Source: Longimicrobiales bacterium | GTDB taxonomy: Bacteria; Gemmatimonadota; Gemmatimonadetes; Longimicrobiales; Gaopeijiaceae | DNA: 64,000 nucleotides | Direction of reading: 5' to 3' | NCBI GenBank assembly: GCA_965249195.1 | Contig: CBDFLM010000015.1 | Location: 476,644 to 540,643 of the forward strand | In this document: positions 47,708 to 57,619 of the stretch, one piece after another | How the letters are laid out: every line of letters starts with the position of its first letter | Position numbering within the stretch: the first letter of the stretch is position 1 | Notes under the pieces: generated by a model | What the model was told of the DNA's origin: nothing | Databases searched by the model: none | The model's input: the letters and a program-made list of their open reading frames with translations, nothing else | Made by a program: the position numbers and the translations under genes

Positions 47708-48352
47708 GTGCCCCTCAGAACACGCTGGACCCTGCCCAATCTCCTAACCGTGGGGCGCATCGCAGTCTGTCCGGTGATCTTCGTCTTGGCACTCGCGACC
47801 TCGGTCCAAGCCCTCTTCGCTGCGTTCGCACTCTTCGTGGCGGCGGCCCTGACCGACGTCTGGGACGGCTATCTCGCCCGTAAGCACGGTTGGGTCACGG
47901 ACATGGGGAAGCTCCTGGACCCGATCGCCGACAAGCTGCTGCTCCTTGCGACGTTCATTCCGTTCTATCTCGCCTCACACCGGCAAGCGGACCAGTGGCA
48001 GATCCCGTGGTGGGGTCAGCTTCCCCTTTGGGTGATGATCGTCATTTTCGGGCGTGAGCTAGCGGTGACTCTGCTCCGCAGCTGGGCGTCGCGACGGGGC
48101 ACCGTCATAGCGGCCGGTCGTTCAGGGAAGTACAAGGCCCTCTTTCAAGTGCTCTTCGCCGGGGGTCTTCTGCTCTGGTACGCGCTCCTTGGTGCCGCGC
48201 AGGCGGGTGGTTGGGATACGGGACCTGCGTGGCAGGGCTGGGCGGCTTTTCACCGAGCCTGGGTGGGGCTCACGCTGTGGATCGCCCTTCTCCTTACGAC
48301 CTATTCCATGATCGACTACTTCTATACCCACCGAGCCCTTCTGCGGGGGTAG
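47708..48352 (+). CDS. pgsA: CDP-diacylglycerol--glycerol-3-phosphate 3-phosphatidyltransferase
   Basis: CDP-alcohol phosphatidyltransferase motif DVWDGYLARKHGWVTDMGKLLDPIADKLL. GTG start. Confidence 0.85.
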   Translation: MPLRTRWTLPNLLTVGRIAVCPVIFVLALATSVQALFAAFALFVAAALTDVWDGYLARKHGWVTDMGKLLDPIADKLLLLATFIPFYLASHRQADQWQIPWWGQLPLWVMIVIFGRELAVTLLRSWASRRGTVIAAGRSGKYKALFQVLFAGGLLLWYALLGAAQAGGWDTGPAWQGWAAFHRAWVGLTLWIALLLTTYSMIDYFYTHRALLRG

Positions 48353-48377
48353 AGAGGGCGCATCGTGGAGGCTGGTC

Positions 48378-49655
48378 GTGACTGAATCGAGCGACTCTCC
48401 TCGAGCGGCTCTGGTGAGCGTGGGCGACGAGCTGTTGCTGGGCCGGACGGTGGACACCAACTCGGCTTGGCTCGCGGCCGAGCTCGCAACGATGGGCTTG
48501 CCGGTGATCGCGGGTCATGTGGTGGGCGATGTCGAGGCCGATATCCGGCGGGTGGTGCGAGAGGCGCTGAGCCGCGCCGAGGTCACGATCGTAACCGGTG
48601 GCTTGGGTCCAACTCCGGACGATCGGACCCGGAGCGCGGTGGCCGCTCTGCTGGATCGTGCGCTCGACCTCGACCCGGACCTCTTGGAGGGATTGGAGCG
48701 AAGATTCGCCGAACGCGGTTTCGGTCACTTGCCCCAAAGCAACATCGACCAGGCGCTCGTGCCTGTGGGCGCCCTTGTCCTGCCCAACGAGCGAGGAACG
48801 GCTCCCGGTCTCGCCATGGAAGAGGGCCGCCGGCTGGTGATTCTGCTCCCCGGCGTCCCCCTAGAGATGAAGGGCATCTTCGACGATCACGTACGGGGAT
48901 TGCTCCAGGATCGGTGGCGCGGGCGGCTGACGCCGGTGCTGCACCGGACCATTCACACAACTGGGATTGCCGAGTCGGAGCTCGCGGACCGGACGGTGGA
49001 GGTGCTTTCCGGCGATCTCGGTCCCGTGAGTGTGGCGTTCCTCCCCGACGTCACCGGCGTCGATTTAAGGCTGACCGCTCGAGGAATCGCCTCCGGATCG
49101 GAGGCTCGCATACACCTCGACCGAGTCGAAGCGATGCTGGCGCCCGTTGTCTCTCGTTACCGATTCGAGTCAGAGAGCGGAGACGTGGTGGAAGCTCTCG
49201 CCAACGCTCTCGCAGTGAGCGGGCGGCGCCTAGCTGTCGCTGAGAGCTGCACGGGTGGACTCATCGCGAAGCGTCTCACGGACCGTCCAGGTGCGTCGGA
49301 GTTCTTCATCGGGGCAATCGTGGCGTATTCCGACGCCGTCAAGGTGGAGGCGCTTGGCGTCGACCCGGGGGCCCTCGCCCGTGCTGGAGCGGTCTCCCGG
49401 GAGGTCGTAGTTCAGATGGCTCGGGGCGTGTGCGCCAGGATGGGCGCTCAAGCGTCGGTGGCGATCACCGGAATCGCCGGGCCCGGCGGAGGCTCCGACG
49501 ACAAGCCGGCCGGCACCGTCTGGCACGCGGCGTGCGTTGACGACGACGTCGAAGCACGCCTTGAGCGTTTCATGGGGGGACGCGACGCCGTGCGGGGTCG
49601 CTCGGCCCAGGCCGCCCTCGCGCTGCTCTTACGCTCGCTGGAGCGGTCGGTGTGA
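48378..49655 (+). CDS. cinA: CinA-family protein (MoeA-like N-domain plus C-terminal PncC nicotinamide-nucleotide amidohydrolase domain)
   Basis: ALVSVGDELLLGRTVDTNSAWLA...IVTGGLGPTPDDRT... and C-terminal ...AVAESCTGGLIAKRLTDRPGASEFF. Confidence 0.85.
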   Translation: MTESSDSPRAALVSVGDELLLGRTVDTNSAWLAAELATMGLPVIAGHVVGDVEADIRRVVREALSRAEVTIVTGGLGPTPDDRTRSAVAALLDRALDLDPDLLEGLERRFAERGFGHLPQSNIDQALVPVGALVLPNERGTAPGLAMEEGRRLVILLPGVPLEMKGIFDDHVRGLLQDRWRGRLTPVLHRTIHTTGIAESELADRTVEVLSGDLGPVSVAFLPDVTGVDLRLTARGIASGSEARIHLDRVEAMLAPVVSRYRFESESGDVVEALANALAVSGRRLAVAESCTGGLIAKRLTDRPGASEFFIGAIVAYSDAVKVEALGVDPGALARAGAVSREVVVQMARGVCARMGAQASVAITGIAGPGGGSDDKPAGTVWHAACVDDDVEARLERFMGGRDAVRGRSAQAALALLLRSLERSV

Positions 49656-50533
49656 GCAAAGCACGGCCTTCGTCGGGCGGTTCCCCCACAGTCGGCGAGA
49701 TCGGCGGATTGGGGGGTGCTCGCCTCCGGACGTTGACGTGGACGTCGGTCTCGCCCGTCGGTAGCGTTCTCCTCGTGCACGGCCTCGGCGATCACGCGGG
49801 TCGCTACTTAGAGTTGGCCGAGGCGATGACGCGCGCCGGGTTCGCGGTGATCGCGTACGACCAGCGCGGGCACGGCGGTTCGACAGGGAAGCGAGGTCAC
49901 GCCGCTTCGTTCAGCGTCTTCCTGGACGACCTCGAGGCTGTTCTGACGTGGGCTCGTGAGGTCGAGGGCGTCGTACACCCGCCGTTTCTGTACGGGCACT
50001 CCATGGGCGGGCTCGTTCTCTTGAGATATTTGCAGACGCGCCAGACGGCAGTTCCGGGGATCATCCTTTCCGCTCCGTGGCTCGGTCTCCCGTACACATT
50101 GCCGCGTTGGCAGGAACTCTTCGCAATGCTTTTGAGGCGTGTCGCCCCGTCCCTGCCCGTTCCCTCGGGCTTGGGATCGCACCAGCTCACACGAGATCCC
50201 GAACGCCAGAGGGCGCACGCCGCCGACCCTATGGTGGTGAGGCGACTCTCGGTTGGGCTCTTCGACTCGATCAGAGCGGCGCAGAGCGTCGTGCTCGCCG
50301 ACTCCGGGCCGCTGGGCATGCCGGCGCTGGTACTGGTCCCCGGGGCGGATGACGTCGTCGACGGGGCCGCGACGATTCGTTGGGCGCAGAGTGCGGGCGA
50401 GCGGGTTGAGGTGAGTGAACTCCCGGACTTCCGGCACGAGCCGCATCAGGAGGTCGGCCGCGAACGTGTCTTCGGTCTGGTCGTGAACTGGTTGGGTACA
50501 AGAAGCAGTGCGGACCACGCCTCCGAGGTCTGA
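49652..50533 (+). CDS. Alpha/beta hydrolase (lysophospholipase / monoacylglycerol lipase-like)
   Basis: LLVHGLGDHAGRYLELAEAMTRAGFAVIAYDQRGHGGS...LYGHSMGGLV (GxSxG). Confidence 0.75.
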   Translation: MSKARPSSGGSPTVGEIGGLGGARLRTLTWTSVSPVGSVLLVHGLGDHAGRYLELAEAMTRAGFAVIAYDQRGHGGSTGKRGHAASFSVFLDDLEAVLTWAREVEGVVHPPFLYGHSMGGLVLLRYLQTRQTAVPGIILSAPWLGLPYTLPRWQELFAMLLRRVAPSLPVPSGLGSHQLTRDPERQRAHAADPMVVRRLSVGLFDSIRAAQSVVLADSGPLGMPALVLVPGADDVVDGAATIRWAQSAGERVEVSELPDFRHEPHQEVGRERVFGLVVNWLGTRSSADHASEV

Positions 50534-50705
50534 GTCACACCGAACCGCGTCGGTGGCGGGTGGGTATTCCCTCTGGGCGACCCGCCTGCCGGCTGCAGCG
50601 AAGCTGGGCAGGCGAGAGTATCGGAGTGTCGCGCCGCCAGCTTTGGACGGCCGGGGCGGGCGCGCCATATTGGGCCCGCCGCAGCTACCCGATCATGGAA
50701 GGACG

Positions 50706-51401
50706 ATGAGCAAGAAGACGACCGGAGAGTTCCAGGACGCAGCCGGCGGAACGGCCGACGGTTCGCAGGAGCGTTCACCGCCAGCCCAGGAAGGGCTCGC
50801 CGCACCCGACGACGTCGCCGCCAGCACGTTCTCGGACACTCAGGACCCGGGAACCGACGCCGTGGAGAAATCGGACTTGGACCCGGCCGAGTCGGCTGCG
50901 ACATCGCCCGGCGACGAAGGGGAGACGACCGAGTCCCCCCACAACGCCGGAGATCTCCAGCAGGAGCTCGACTCAGTCAACGAGCGGCTCCTTCGTTTGG
51001 CAGCGGAGTTCCAAAACTTCCGACGTCGGGCCGAATCGGAACGCACCCGGATCTGGGGCAGAGCCCAGGCCGACCTGGTGTTCGTCCTCATCGAGGTGCT
51101 GGACGATCTGCAGCGTGTCAGCGGGCTCGATCCTGCGGACGAGGCGGTGAGCGTGGAGTCCATCGTCGAGGGCGTGGATCTGGTCGAGCGCAAGTTCCTC
51201 CGTGCGCTGCAGGAGGCCGGCGTCGAGGCTGTTGATCCGCGCGGAGAGCGCTTCGATCCACAGACCATGGAAGCCGTCATGCGCGTGCCCGCCGAAGCCG
51301 AAGAGGACGACGAGCTCGTGGGAGAGGTCTTTCAGAAGGGTTATGTACTTGGGGGCAACCTGATCCGTCCGGCGCGCGTGAGCGTCAAGAAGCACGGCTG
51401 A
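50706..51401 (+). CDS. grpE: Nucleotide exchange factor GrpE
   Basis: Start taken at [63 protein letters not shown]. Confidence 0.8.
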   Translation: MSKKTTGEFQDAAGGTADGSQERSPPAQEGLAAPDDVAASTFSDTQDPGTDAVEKSDLDPAESAATSPGDEGETTESPHNAGDLQQELDSVNERLLRLAAEFQNFRRRAESERTRIWGRAQADLVFVLIEVLDDLQRVSGLDPADEAVSVESIVEGVDLVERKFLRALQEAGVEAVDPRGERFDPQTMEAVMRVPAEAEEDDELVGEVFQKGYVLGGNLIRPARVSVKKHG

Positions 51402-51403
51402 CC

Positions 51404-52534
51404 ATGCCGGCCACTAAGAAGGACTTCTACGAGGTCCTCGGAGTGGACGAAAAGGCCCCCCAGAAGGAGCTCAAGAAAGCCTACCGCCAGCTCGCCAAGC
51501 GCTACCATCCGGATGCCAATCCCGACGATCTAGGAGCGGCTGAGCGCTTCAAGGAGATTGGCGAAGCATATTCGGTGCTCTCCGACGCGGAGAGAAGGAA
51601 GCAGTACGATCAGATGCGTCGCCTGGGTGCGTTCGGGTTCGGGCGAGGAGTCGGACCGCGACCTGGGGGCTCCGGCGGCGCCCGTCCACCTCCTTCCGGG
51701 GGTGGGTTCTCGTTCGAGGATCTCCGTGATATCGGAGGGCTCGGGGACCTGTTCAGCTCGATCTTCGATCGACGGAAGGACGAGCCCACGAGGGGGAGGC
51801 GTTCTGGCCCCCAGAAGGGAGAGAACGTCGAGTACGTCGTTGACATCCCCTTCCTCACCGCTGCTCGGGGGGGAAAGGTGTCGATCAGCGTACCCATCAC
51901 GGAGGAGTGTGCGACGTGCGCAGGGAGCGGCGGTGCCCCGGGAACGTCGATGCGACCGTGCCAGGAGTGCGGCGGGTCGGGCAGCATCTCGTTCGGGCAA
52001 GGCGGGTTCGCTGTGAACCGTCCATGTCCGGCGTGCTTCGGTCGCGGCGAGATCCCCGAATCACCCTGTGGCTCGTGCGGCGGCAGCGGCGCTGTGCGGC
52101 AGGATCGGAAGATCCAGGTATCTGTACAAGCGGGCGTGGAGAACGGGTCCAAGGTCCGCCTCACGGGCCAGGGCGAACGGGGCAAGGAAGGGGGGAGCCC
52201 CGGTGATCTAGTGATCACGTTCCGAGTCAAGCCACACAGCTTCTTCCGGCGGGACGGACTCGACCTCCACGTCGAGGTGCCCATCAACATCATCCAGGCC
52301 ACGCTGGGATCGAAGATTCGGGTGCGTACCATCGGCGGTAAGCGCGTGGTGTTGAAGATCCCTCCCGGAACGCAGTCCGGGACCCGATTTCGCATACGTG
52401 GTCAAGGGATCGAGAAGGGCGATCGCGTCGGCAACCAGTACGTCGAGGTGAAGATCGAGGTGCCCGAAACACTGAGTCCGGAGCAGCAGCGCTTGATGCA
52501 GGAGTTCGCCAGCTCCACCGGGCTGAAGCATTGA
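51404..52534 (+). CDS. dnaJ: Molecular chaperone DnaJ
   Basis: J-domain KDFYEVLGV...[13 protein letters not shown], a G/F region, and four CxxCxGxG zinc repeats. Confidence 0.9.
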   Translation: MPATKKDFYEVLGVDEKAPQKELKKAYRQLAKRYHPDANPDDLGAAERFKEIGEAYSVLSDAERRKQYDQMRRLGAFGFGRGVGPRPGGSGGARPPPSGGGFSFEDLRDIGGLGDLFSSIFDRRKDEPTRGRRSGPQKGENVEYVVDIPFLTAARGGKVSISVPITEECATCAGSGGAPGTSMRPCQECGGSGSISFGQGGFAVNRPCPACFGRGEIPESPCGSCGGSGAVRQDRKIQVSVQAGVENGSKVRLTGQGERGKEGGSPGDLVITFRVKPHSFFRRDGLDLHVEVPINIIQATLGSKIRVRTIGGKRVVLKIPPGTQSGTRFRIRGQGIEKGDRVGNQYVEVKIEVPETLSPEQQRLMQEFASSTGLKH

Positions 52535-52546
52535 GGCGGTCGGCCG

Positions 52547-53677
52547 CTAGTGACCTGCCGGCACCGCCATGGTGTGTCTGACACGCCCGCCGCCCAGGAC
52601 GCGCTCTCCGCGGAAGATCACCGCAGACTGTCCCGGCGCCACCGCCCCCTGTGGATGCTCGAACCGCAACGTCAGTCGTGGCGTGGACCCGGTCGCATCC
52701 GCTTCGTCCTCCCCCCGGATCACCCTCGCGGGCACGGCCGGAGACCGATGACGCATCTGGACGTTGACCTGAGAGCCCACCGAAGGTGGGGGGGCGATCC
52801 AGTTGAGGTCGCCGACCTCGACGCCTTCACGGGACAGCTCTTCCCGTGGTCCGACGACGACCTCGCGGGCCTCCGGTCTGATCTCGATTACGTATGTCGG
52901 CTCGGGAAACCCACCTCCCAAGCCGCGCCGCTGACCGATGGTGAAGCCGGCGTATCCGTCGTGACGGCCGACGACGGCACCGTCCGTCCTCACGATGTCA
53001 CCTGGCTCGAGAGCGGGATGGCCTCGGGCGAGGCGACGCCGGAGTAGGTCCCGGTAGTCGCCTGTGGGCACGAAGCAGATCTCTTGCGACTCCGGCTTGT
53101 CGGCCGTGCCAAGGCCCCGGAGGCGAGCCTGCTGTCGCACCTCGCCCTTCGTCATCGCGCCCAGGGGTAGGCACAGCCGTGGGATGAGCTCGCGCGGGAG
53201 GCCCCAAAGGAAGTACGCCTGGTCCTTTTGCGTGTCGACGCCGCGCAGGATGGACGCTTCACCATCGATGATTGCCGTCCGCGCGTAGTGCCCGGATGCG
53301 ATTCGCTCGCATCCCAGCGCCCGCCCCCGACGCAGAAGCTCGGCGAACTTCGTGTCGGAGTTGCACCGAACGCAGGGGTTGGGTGTGCGACCCTGCGCGT
53401 ACTCCGTCACGAAGTCATCGATGACCGCCCGCGTGAAGTCCTCCTCGACGTCGAACACGTAATGCGGGATGCCCAGGCGGTCGGCGACGCGACGCGCGTC
53501 GGTGATGCCGTCCAACCCGCAGCAGCTTCGGGTGTGCTGCGGTGTTCCCGAGTAGCAGAAGGTCTTCATCGTGGCACCCACGACGTCCCATCCCTCCTCC
53601 ACCAGCCGTGCCGCTGCGACCGACGAGTCGACACCCCCGGACATGGCGGCGAGGATGCGACCGTGCCCAGGGCTCAC
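52547..53677 (-). CDS. mnmA: tRNA-specific 2-thiouridylase MnmA
   Basis: PP-loop RILAAMSGGVDSSVAAARLVEEGWDVVGATMK. Start inferred at a GTG (VSPGHGRILAAMSGG), overlapping the upstream cysteine-desulfurase stop by 4 nt. The track ORF N-terminal 44 aa are Arg-rich junk. Confidence 0.8.
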   Translation of the reverse strand: MSPGHGRILAAMSGGVDSSVAAARLVEEGWDVVGATMKTFCYSGTPQHTRSCCGLDGITDARRVADRLGIPHYVFDVEEDFTRAVIDDFVTEYAQGRTPNPCVRCNSDTKFAELLRRGRALGCERIASGHYARTAIIDGEASILRGVDTQKDQAYFLWGLPRELIPRLCLPLGAMTKGEVRQQARLRGLGTADKPESQEICFVPTGDYRDLLRRRLARGHPALEPGDIVRTDGAVVGRHDGYAGFTIGQRRGLGGGFPEPTYVIEIRPEAREVVVGPREELSREGVEVGDLNWIAPPPSVGSQVNVQMRHRSPAVPARVIRGEDEADATGSTPRLTLRFEHPQGAVAPGQSAVIFRGERVLGGGRVRHTMAVPAGH

Positions 53678-54855
53678 GAGCTGGTCCCCACCTCGAGCGC
53701 GCCCTCCAGATCTCGGAGGTGCCCGACGACATCGGCGGTGACGCGCGCGGCCTGTAACAGGTCTTGCGACCGTGTGCTCAGGCCCAGGCTGAAGCGTACG
53801 CTCGCCCACGCGGGGGTTTCGTCGCCGTACAGAGCCTTTAGTACATGGCTCCGGTTTGGCGTGCCACTGTCGCAGGCAGACCCTCCCGATACGGCGATGC
53901 CTTCTAGGTCGAGGGCAGCCAAGAGCCCCTCCTGGCTGGCCCCGCGGATACCGACGTTGAGGACGTGCGGGGCACGGGGACCTTCACGCCCGTGGATGCG
54001 GAGATCATCGATGCTCTCCTCCAGCTCGGTCTCGAGTGTGGTACGAAGCCCATTGAGGCGCTCGCCTTCCGAGGCCTGCTCGGTAACGGCGAGCTGGAGG
54101 GCAGTGGCGACTCCGACGGCTCCGGCGACGTCCTGGGTGCCTGGTCTGAGCCCTCGTTCCTGCCCTCCGCCATGAACCATCGGCGCCAGCGCGACACCGG
54201 TCCGGACGAAGAGGATCCCGGTCCCTTTGGGCCCGTAGATCTTGTGCCCCGTCATCGTGAGGAGGTCGGGTGCCTCTTCGCCGCTCACGCTGACCGGGAT
54301 CTTGCCCACGGCCTGCACCGCGTCGGAGTGGACGGCCACGGCACGTGCACGACAGCGGTGCACGACCTCCCCCATGGGCAAGATCGAGCCGACCTCGTTG
54401 TTCACCCACATGACCGAGACCACCGACGGTTCATCTGCGATCAGATCGTCGAGGGCGCTCAGGTCGAGTCCCCCATCGGCATCGACGCGGACCTCGCGCA
54501 CCTCGCCGCCCGACGCTCCCACAGCGCTCGCAGCTTCGAGAACCGCCTTGTGCTCGATGGCCGAATGGACGACGACGGCCTGGCGGCCCGCTTCGCGGTC
54601 CGCAACTGCCCGTCCCAAGACCGCCAAGTTGTCGGACTCCGTGCCACCTCGAACGAAAAAGATCTCCGGCGGACGTGCACCGAGCGCATGGGCGACCCTT
54701 TCCCTGGCGTCTTCGAGTGCAGCAGCAGCCCGCCGCCCCCAGCGGTGCGTACTCGATGGGTTCCCGAAGATGTCGTCGAGGTAGGGCGCCATCGCCTCCC
54801 GTACCTCGGGCCGCACGGGCGTTGTCGCGGCGTGGTCGAGGTAGATGCTGCGCAC
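53674..54855 (-). CDS. Cysteine desulfurase (IscS / NifS family, PLP-dependent)
   Basis: MRSIYLDHAATTPVRPEV...GGTESDNLAVLG...MTGHKIYGPKGTGILFVR. Confidence 0.85.
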   Translation of the reverse strand: MRSIYLDHAATTPVRPEVREAMAPYLDDIFGNPSSTHRWGRRAAAALEDARERVAHALGARPPEIFFVRGGTESDNLAVLGRAVADREAGRQAVVVHSAIEHKAVLEAASAVGASGGEVREVRVDADGGLDLSALDDLIADEPSVVSVMWVNNEVGSILPMGEVVHRCRARAVAVHSDAVQAVGKIPVSVSGEEAPDLLTMTGHKIYGPKGTGILFVRTGVALAPMVHGGGQERGLRPGTQDVAGAVGVATALQLAVTEQASEGERLNGLRTTLETELEESIDDLRIHGREGPRAPHVLNVGIRGASQEGLLAALDLEGIAVSGGSACDSGTPNRSHVLKALYGDETPAWASVRFSLGLSTRSQDLLQAARVTADVVGHLRDLEGALEVGTSS

Positions 54856-54983
54856 GGTCGACTCCGGTGACAGTAGCGAGCAGGGTTCGGCATGGACCCT
54901 TACCGTTTCCCGCTGTGATTGACGAGAATAAGTTACCGCTCCTCTTCGCTTGCCTGAACCTCAACGTCCCCAAGTGATACGCG

Positions 54984-55319
54984 ATGCGTTACCGACGCCC
55001 ACCGTTCCCGCGTGGCCGGCCGAAGGACTTCCGCTCGACCGTCCACGGCACCGTATTCGCTGGTCGGGACCGGCACCTCGAAGGCATGATGGCCGGTGAC
55101 CGGGTCGTTCTCATCTCGGATCCTCCCGGCCAACCGCAGCCCGAGGTGTGGGTGCATCTCGAGTCCGGCGATCCCCTCGGGCATCTTCCCCCGGAGATCT
55201 CGTCGTGGCTCGGACCCTGGCTGAGAAGGGGGGGGAAGGCCGAAGCGAAAGCGGTGAAGGTCCACGGATCCGAGGTTCCCAGCTGGCGCCGACTGCTTCT
55301 CGAGGTCTCCTGCGGGTAG
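54984..55319 (+). CDS. HIRAN-domain protein (stand-alone)
   Basis: ...VHGTVFAGRDRHLEGMMAGDRVVLISDPPGQPQPEVWVHLESGDPLGHLPPEISSWLGPWL fits the HIRAN pattern. The G8 run at 55228-55235 is read through in frame. Confidence 0.55.
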   Translation: MRYRRPPFPRGRPKDFRSTVHGTVFAGRDRHLEGMMAGDRVVLISDPPGQPQPEVWVHLESGDPLGHLPPEISSWLGPWLRRGGKAEAKAVKVHGSEVPSWRRLLLEVSCG

Positions 55320-55575
55320 TGTGGTGGTGCGGAAGTCGTGGGGCTTTGGGCGCGGCTGTATTCACCCCACGGGCGTTGCTCTTCCTCGGACCAACACTTG
55401 TGGCGGAGTTGCGCCCCAAGCTACGACTCGTCGTCCCTTGTACCGGGCGCCGCTTTCGGATGCAAGCGGTCCGACGCTTCGACGGTCTCGATGCTGGACA
55501 GGACTCCTGCACCTCCACCTGGATGAGGGTGGGTCGCGACCCTACGACGCTTCCGCAGGACTTGGCAGGGCCCGA

Positions 55576-56301
55576 TCAAAAGGTCCCAACGTTCAGGGAG
55601 CCCAGGGTTTCGGCCCTCGCTGTTTCCCGCGTCCGGAACGGCTCTCCGAAGGGGACTCGAACGAGCGCACCGTAGTGCGCCATCTCAGCGCGGATCTGAT
55701 CGAAGAGAGGTCGATCGCCCCCCGGGAAGACCTCACCCGCCTGGGTCGCGCTCGCGAATTGAGACTCGTACGCGGCTAGTGCCTCGAGCTTGCGCTGTAG
55801 CTGATCTGAGACGTCCACGACGAACGACGGGCGCGGCGCGTCCTGTCTGAACCCTGTCGCGTGTATGAGCTTGACCGGGCGAAACGGCCCTCCTCGCGCG
55901 TCGTATCGGACCAGGCCCGAGAGGAAGCAGGCGTCGTACACCAGTTCAGCTGCCCTGCGGTGATCTGGGTGGCGACCGCTCGTCCAGTGCGTTACGACGA
56001 CGCGAGGCCTGAGCTCGCGGATGGCATCGATGACGATCTTCCGGGACCGCGGGTCGTTCTCGATCCCCGCATCGGGCAACCCCGCGCATCTGCGGACGAC
56101 CAATCCCATGATTTCGGCCGCTCCGTCCGCCTCCCGCTTGCGTAGCTCTGCGGAGCCGCGGCTGCCCTTTTCGCCGGCGCTCAGATCAAGCACGCCTATG
56201 CGCTCGCCGGCGTCGGCACTCCTAATGAGGGCGCCGCCGCACAGGAGTTCGGCATCGTCGGGGTGCGCCATGATCGCGAGGACGTCGAGCGGTTCGCTCA
56301 T
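55576..56301 (-). CDS. PIG-L / LmbE-family N-acetylglucosaminyl deacetylase (BshB1-like)
   Basis: VLAIMAHPDDAELLCGGAL...VVTHWTSGRHPDHRRAAELV. Confidence 0.75.
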   Translation of the reverse strand: MSEPLDVLAIMAHPDDAELLCGGALIRSADAGERIGVLDLSAGEKGSRGSAELRKREADGAAEIMGLVVRRCAGLPDAGIENDPRSRKIVIDAIRELRPRVVVTHWTSGRHPDHRRAAELVYDACFLSGLVRYDARGGPFRPVKLIHATGFRQDAPRPSFVVDVSDQLQRKLEALAAYESQFASATQAGEVFPGGDRPLFDQIRAEMAHYGALVRVPFGEPFRTRETARAETLGSLNVGTF

Positions 56302-56332
56302 GTCGTCAGGGAAAATGTGAGGAGCAGGCTGT

Positions 56333-57619
56333 TCATTCGGCTCTCAGTGCGGTCACCGGCTCGAGACGGGACGCGCGGTGGGCGGGAATCAGGCCAAACA
56401 ACATGCCGGTCAGGGCGGCCATGGCCAGAGCGACGATGACGGACCAGAGAGGAATGCGGGCGGGGATCGGCGTGAAGTGTGCGACGCCGAACGCCGTGCC
56501 GCTCCCGAGGATCATACCCACAGCTGCCCCGAGTACGGTCAGGAAAGAGGCCTCCACCAGGAACTGCCAGAGAATCTCTCGCTGCGTTGCCCCCAGTGCC
56601 CTGCGCACGCCGATCTCGCGGGTCCGCTCCGTAACCGAGATCAGCATGATTCCGATGACTCCGACGCCGCCTACCATCAAGGCTGCGGACGAGAGGGCCA
56701 GCATGACCAGGAAGAAGACGCCGGTGAGCCGGTTGAAGAGGTCGATGATCTGGGCGGAAGCCAAGAGCGCAAAGCCGTTCTCTTGTCGAGGCCGAAGTCC
56801 TCGCATTGCGCGCATCAAGCCGATTACCTGGTCTTGAGCTTGCTGTTGCGTGACCGAGTCGTGGGGCACCACCAGGATCTGCGCCTGCTCATCGGAGACC
56901 TTGAGGCGCTTCAGGGCCGTGGTGTATGGGAACACGACCCAGTGCCTGACGACGGCCGAGAAGACGTTGTCCTCGGGCTCAAACACACCGATGACCGTGA
57001 AGTCTTCCTGCACGTTTCGTCGCCCGGCCCCGATCCTGACACGCCTCCCGATGGGGTCTCGCTGGCCGAACATCTCCTCCGCCAGCGCAGCGGAGATCAC
57101 CATGACCCCGCGCGCGTTGGCTACCTCGAGGTCGGTGAAGTCGCGACCAGCCAGGAACCGACCGGGGGAGTACCTTTGCCATCCGGCCGAGTAGCCCTGA
57201 GACTGGACGTTGGTCACGCTCCGGCCTTCGAACGTGGCGCGGACGCTGAAGCTGAAGTTGTAAAGCGCCTCTGCGACCGCCGGTAGGGCCGCGATGCGTG
57301 TCGCCTCGCGGGCCGTGAGGTCGGGCTTGTCCCACCAGGGCGGGCGGTTACCCTCCGCCAGTCGTACGGCGGTGAAGTCGAACCGGGTGACCACGAAGTT
57401 GTCGGGTCCCGCGCTTTCGAAGGCGCTCATGACCGACGAGCTAATTCCGGTGATGAGAGCCGCCATGGTCACTACGACCGAAACGCCAACCGCGACGCCC
57501 AAAATCGTCAGGCTCGAGCGTAGCCAATTGATACGCAGTGAGTCCACAGCGATGAGAGTCCCTTCCCGAAGCGTCCGCAGGGGTTGGAGCGAGAACCGCG
57601 GCCCGTGCGGGTCATTCAT
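56333..57619 (-). CDS. ABC transporter permease, MacB / FtsX family (periplasmic MacB-PCD plus FtsX TM domain)
   Basis: 428 aa. N-terminal TM, large periplasmic domain, and a C-terminal 3-TM FtsX bundle. No fused ATPase. Confidence 0.8.
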   Translation of the reverse strand: MNDPHGPRFSLQPLRTLREGTLIAVDSLRINWLRSSLTILGVAVGVSVVVTMAALITGISSSVMSAFESAGPDNFVVTRFDFTAVRLAEGNRPPWWDKPDLTAREATRIAALPAVAEALYNFSFSVRATFEGRSVTNVQSQGYSAGWQRYSPGRFLAGRDFTDLEVANARGVMVISAALAEEMFGQRDPIGRRVRIGAGRRNVQEDFTVIGVFEPEDNVFSAVVRHWVVFPYTTALKRLKVSDEQAQILVVPHDSVTQQQAQDQVIGLMRAMRGLRPRQENGFALLASAQIIDLFNRLTGVFFLVMLALSSAALMVGGVGVIGIMLISVTERTREIGVRRALGATQREILWQFLVEASFLTVLGAAVGMILGSGTAFGVAHFTPIPARIPLWSVIVALAMAALTGMLFGLIPAHRASRLEPVTALRAE

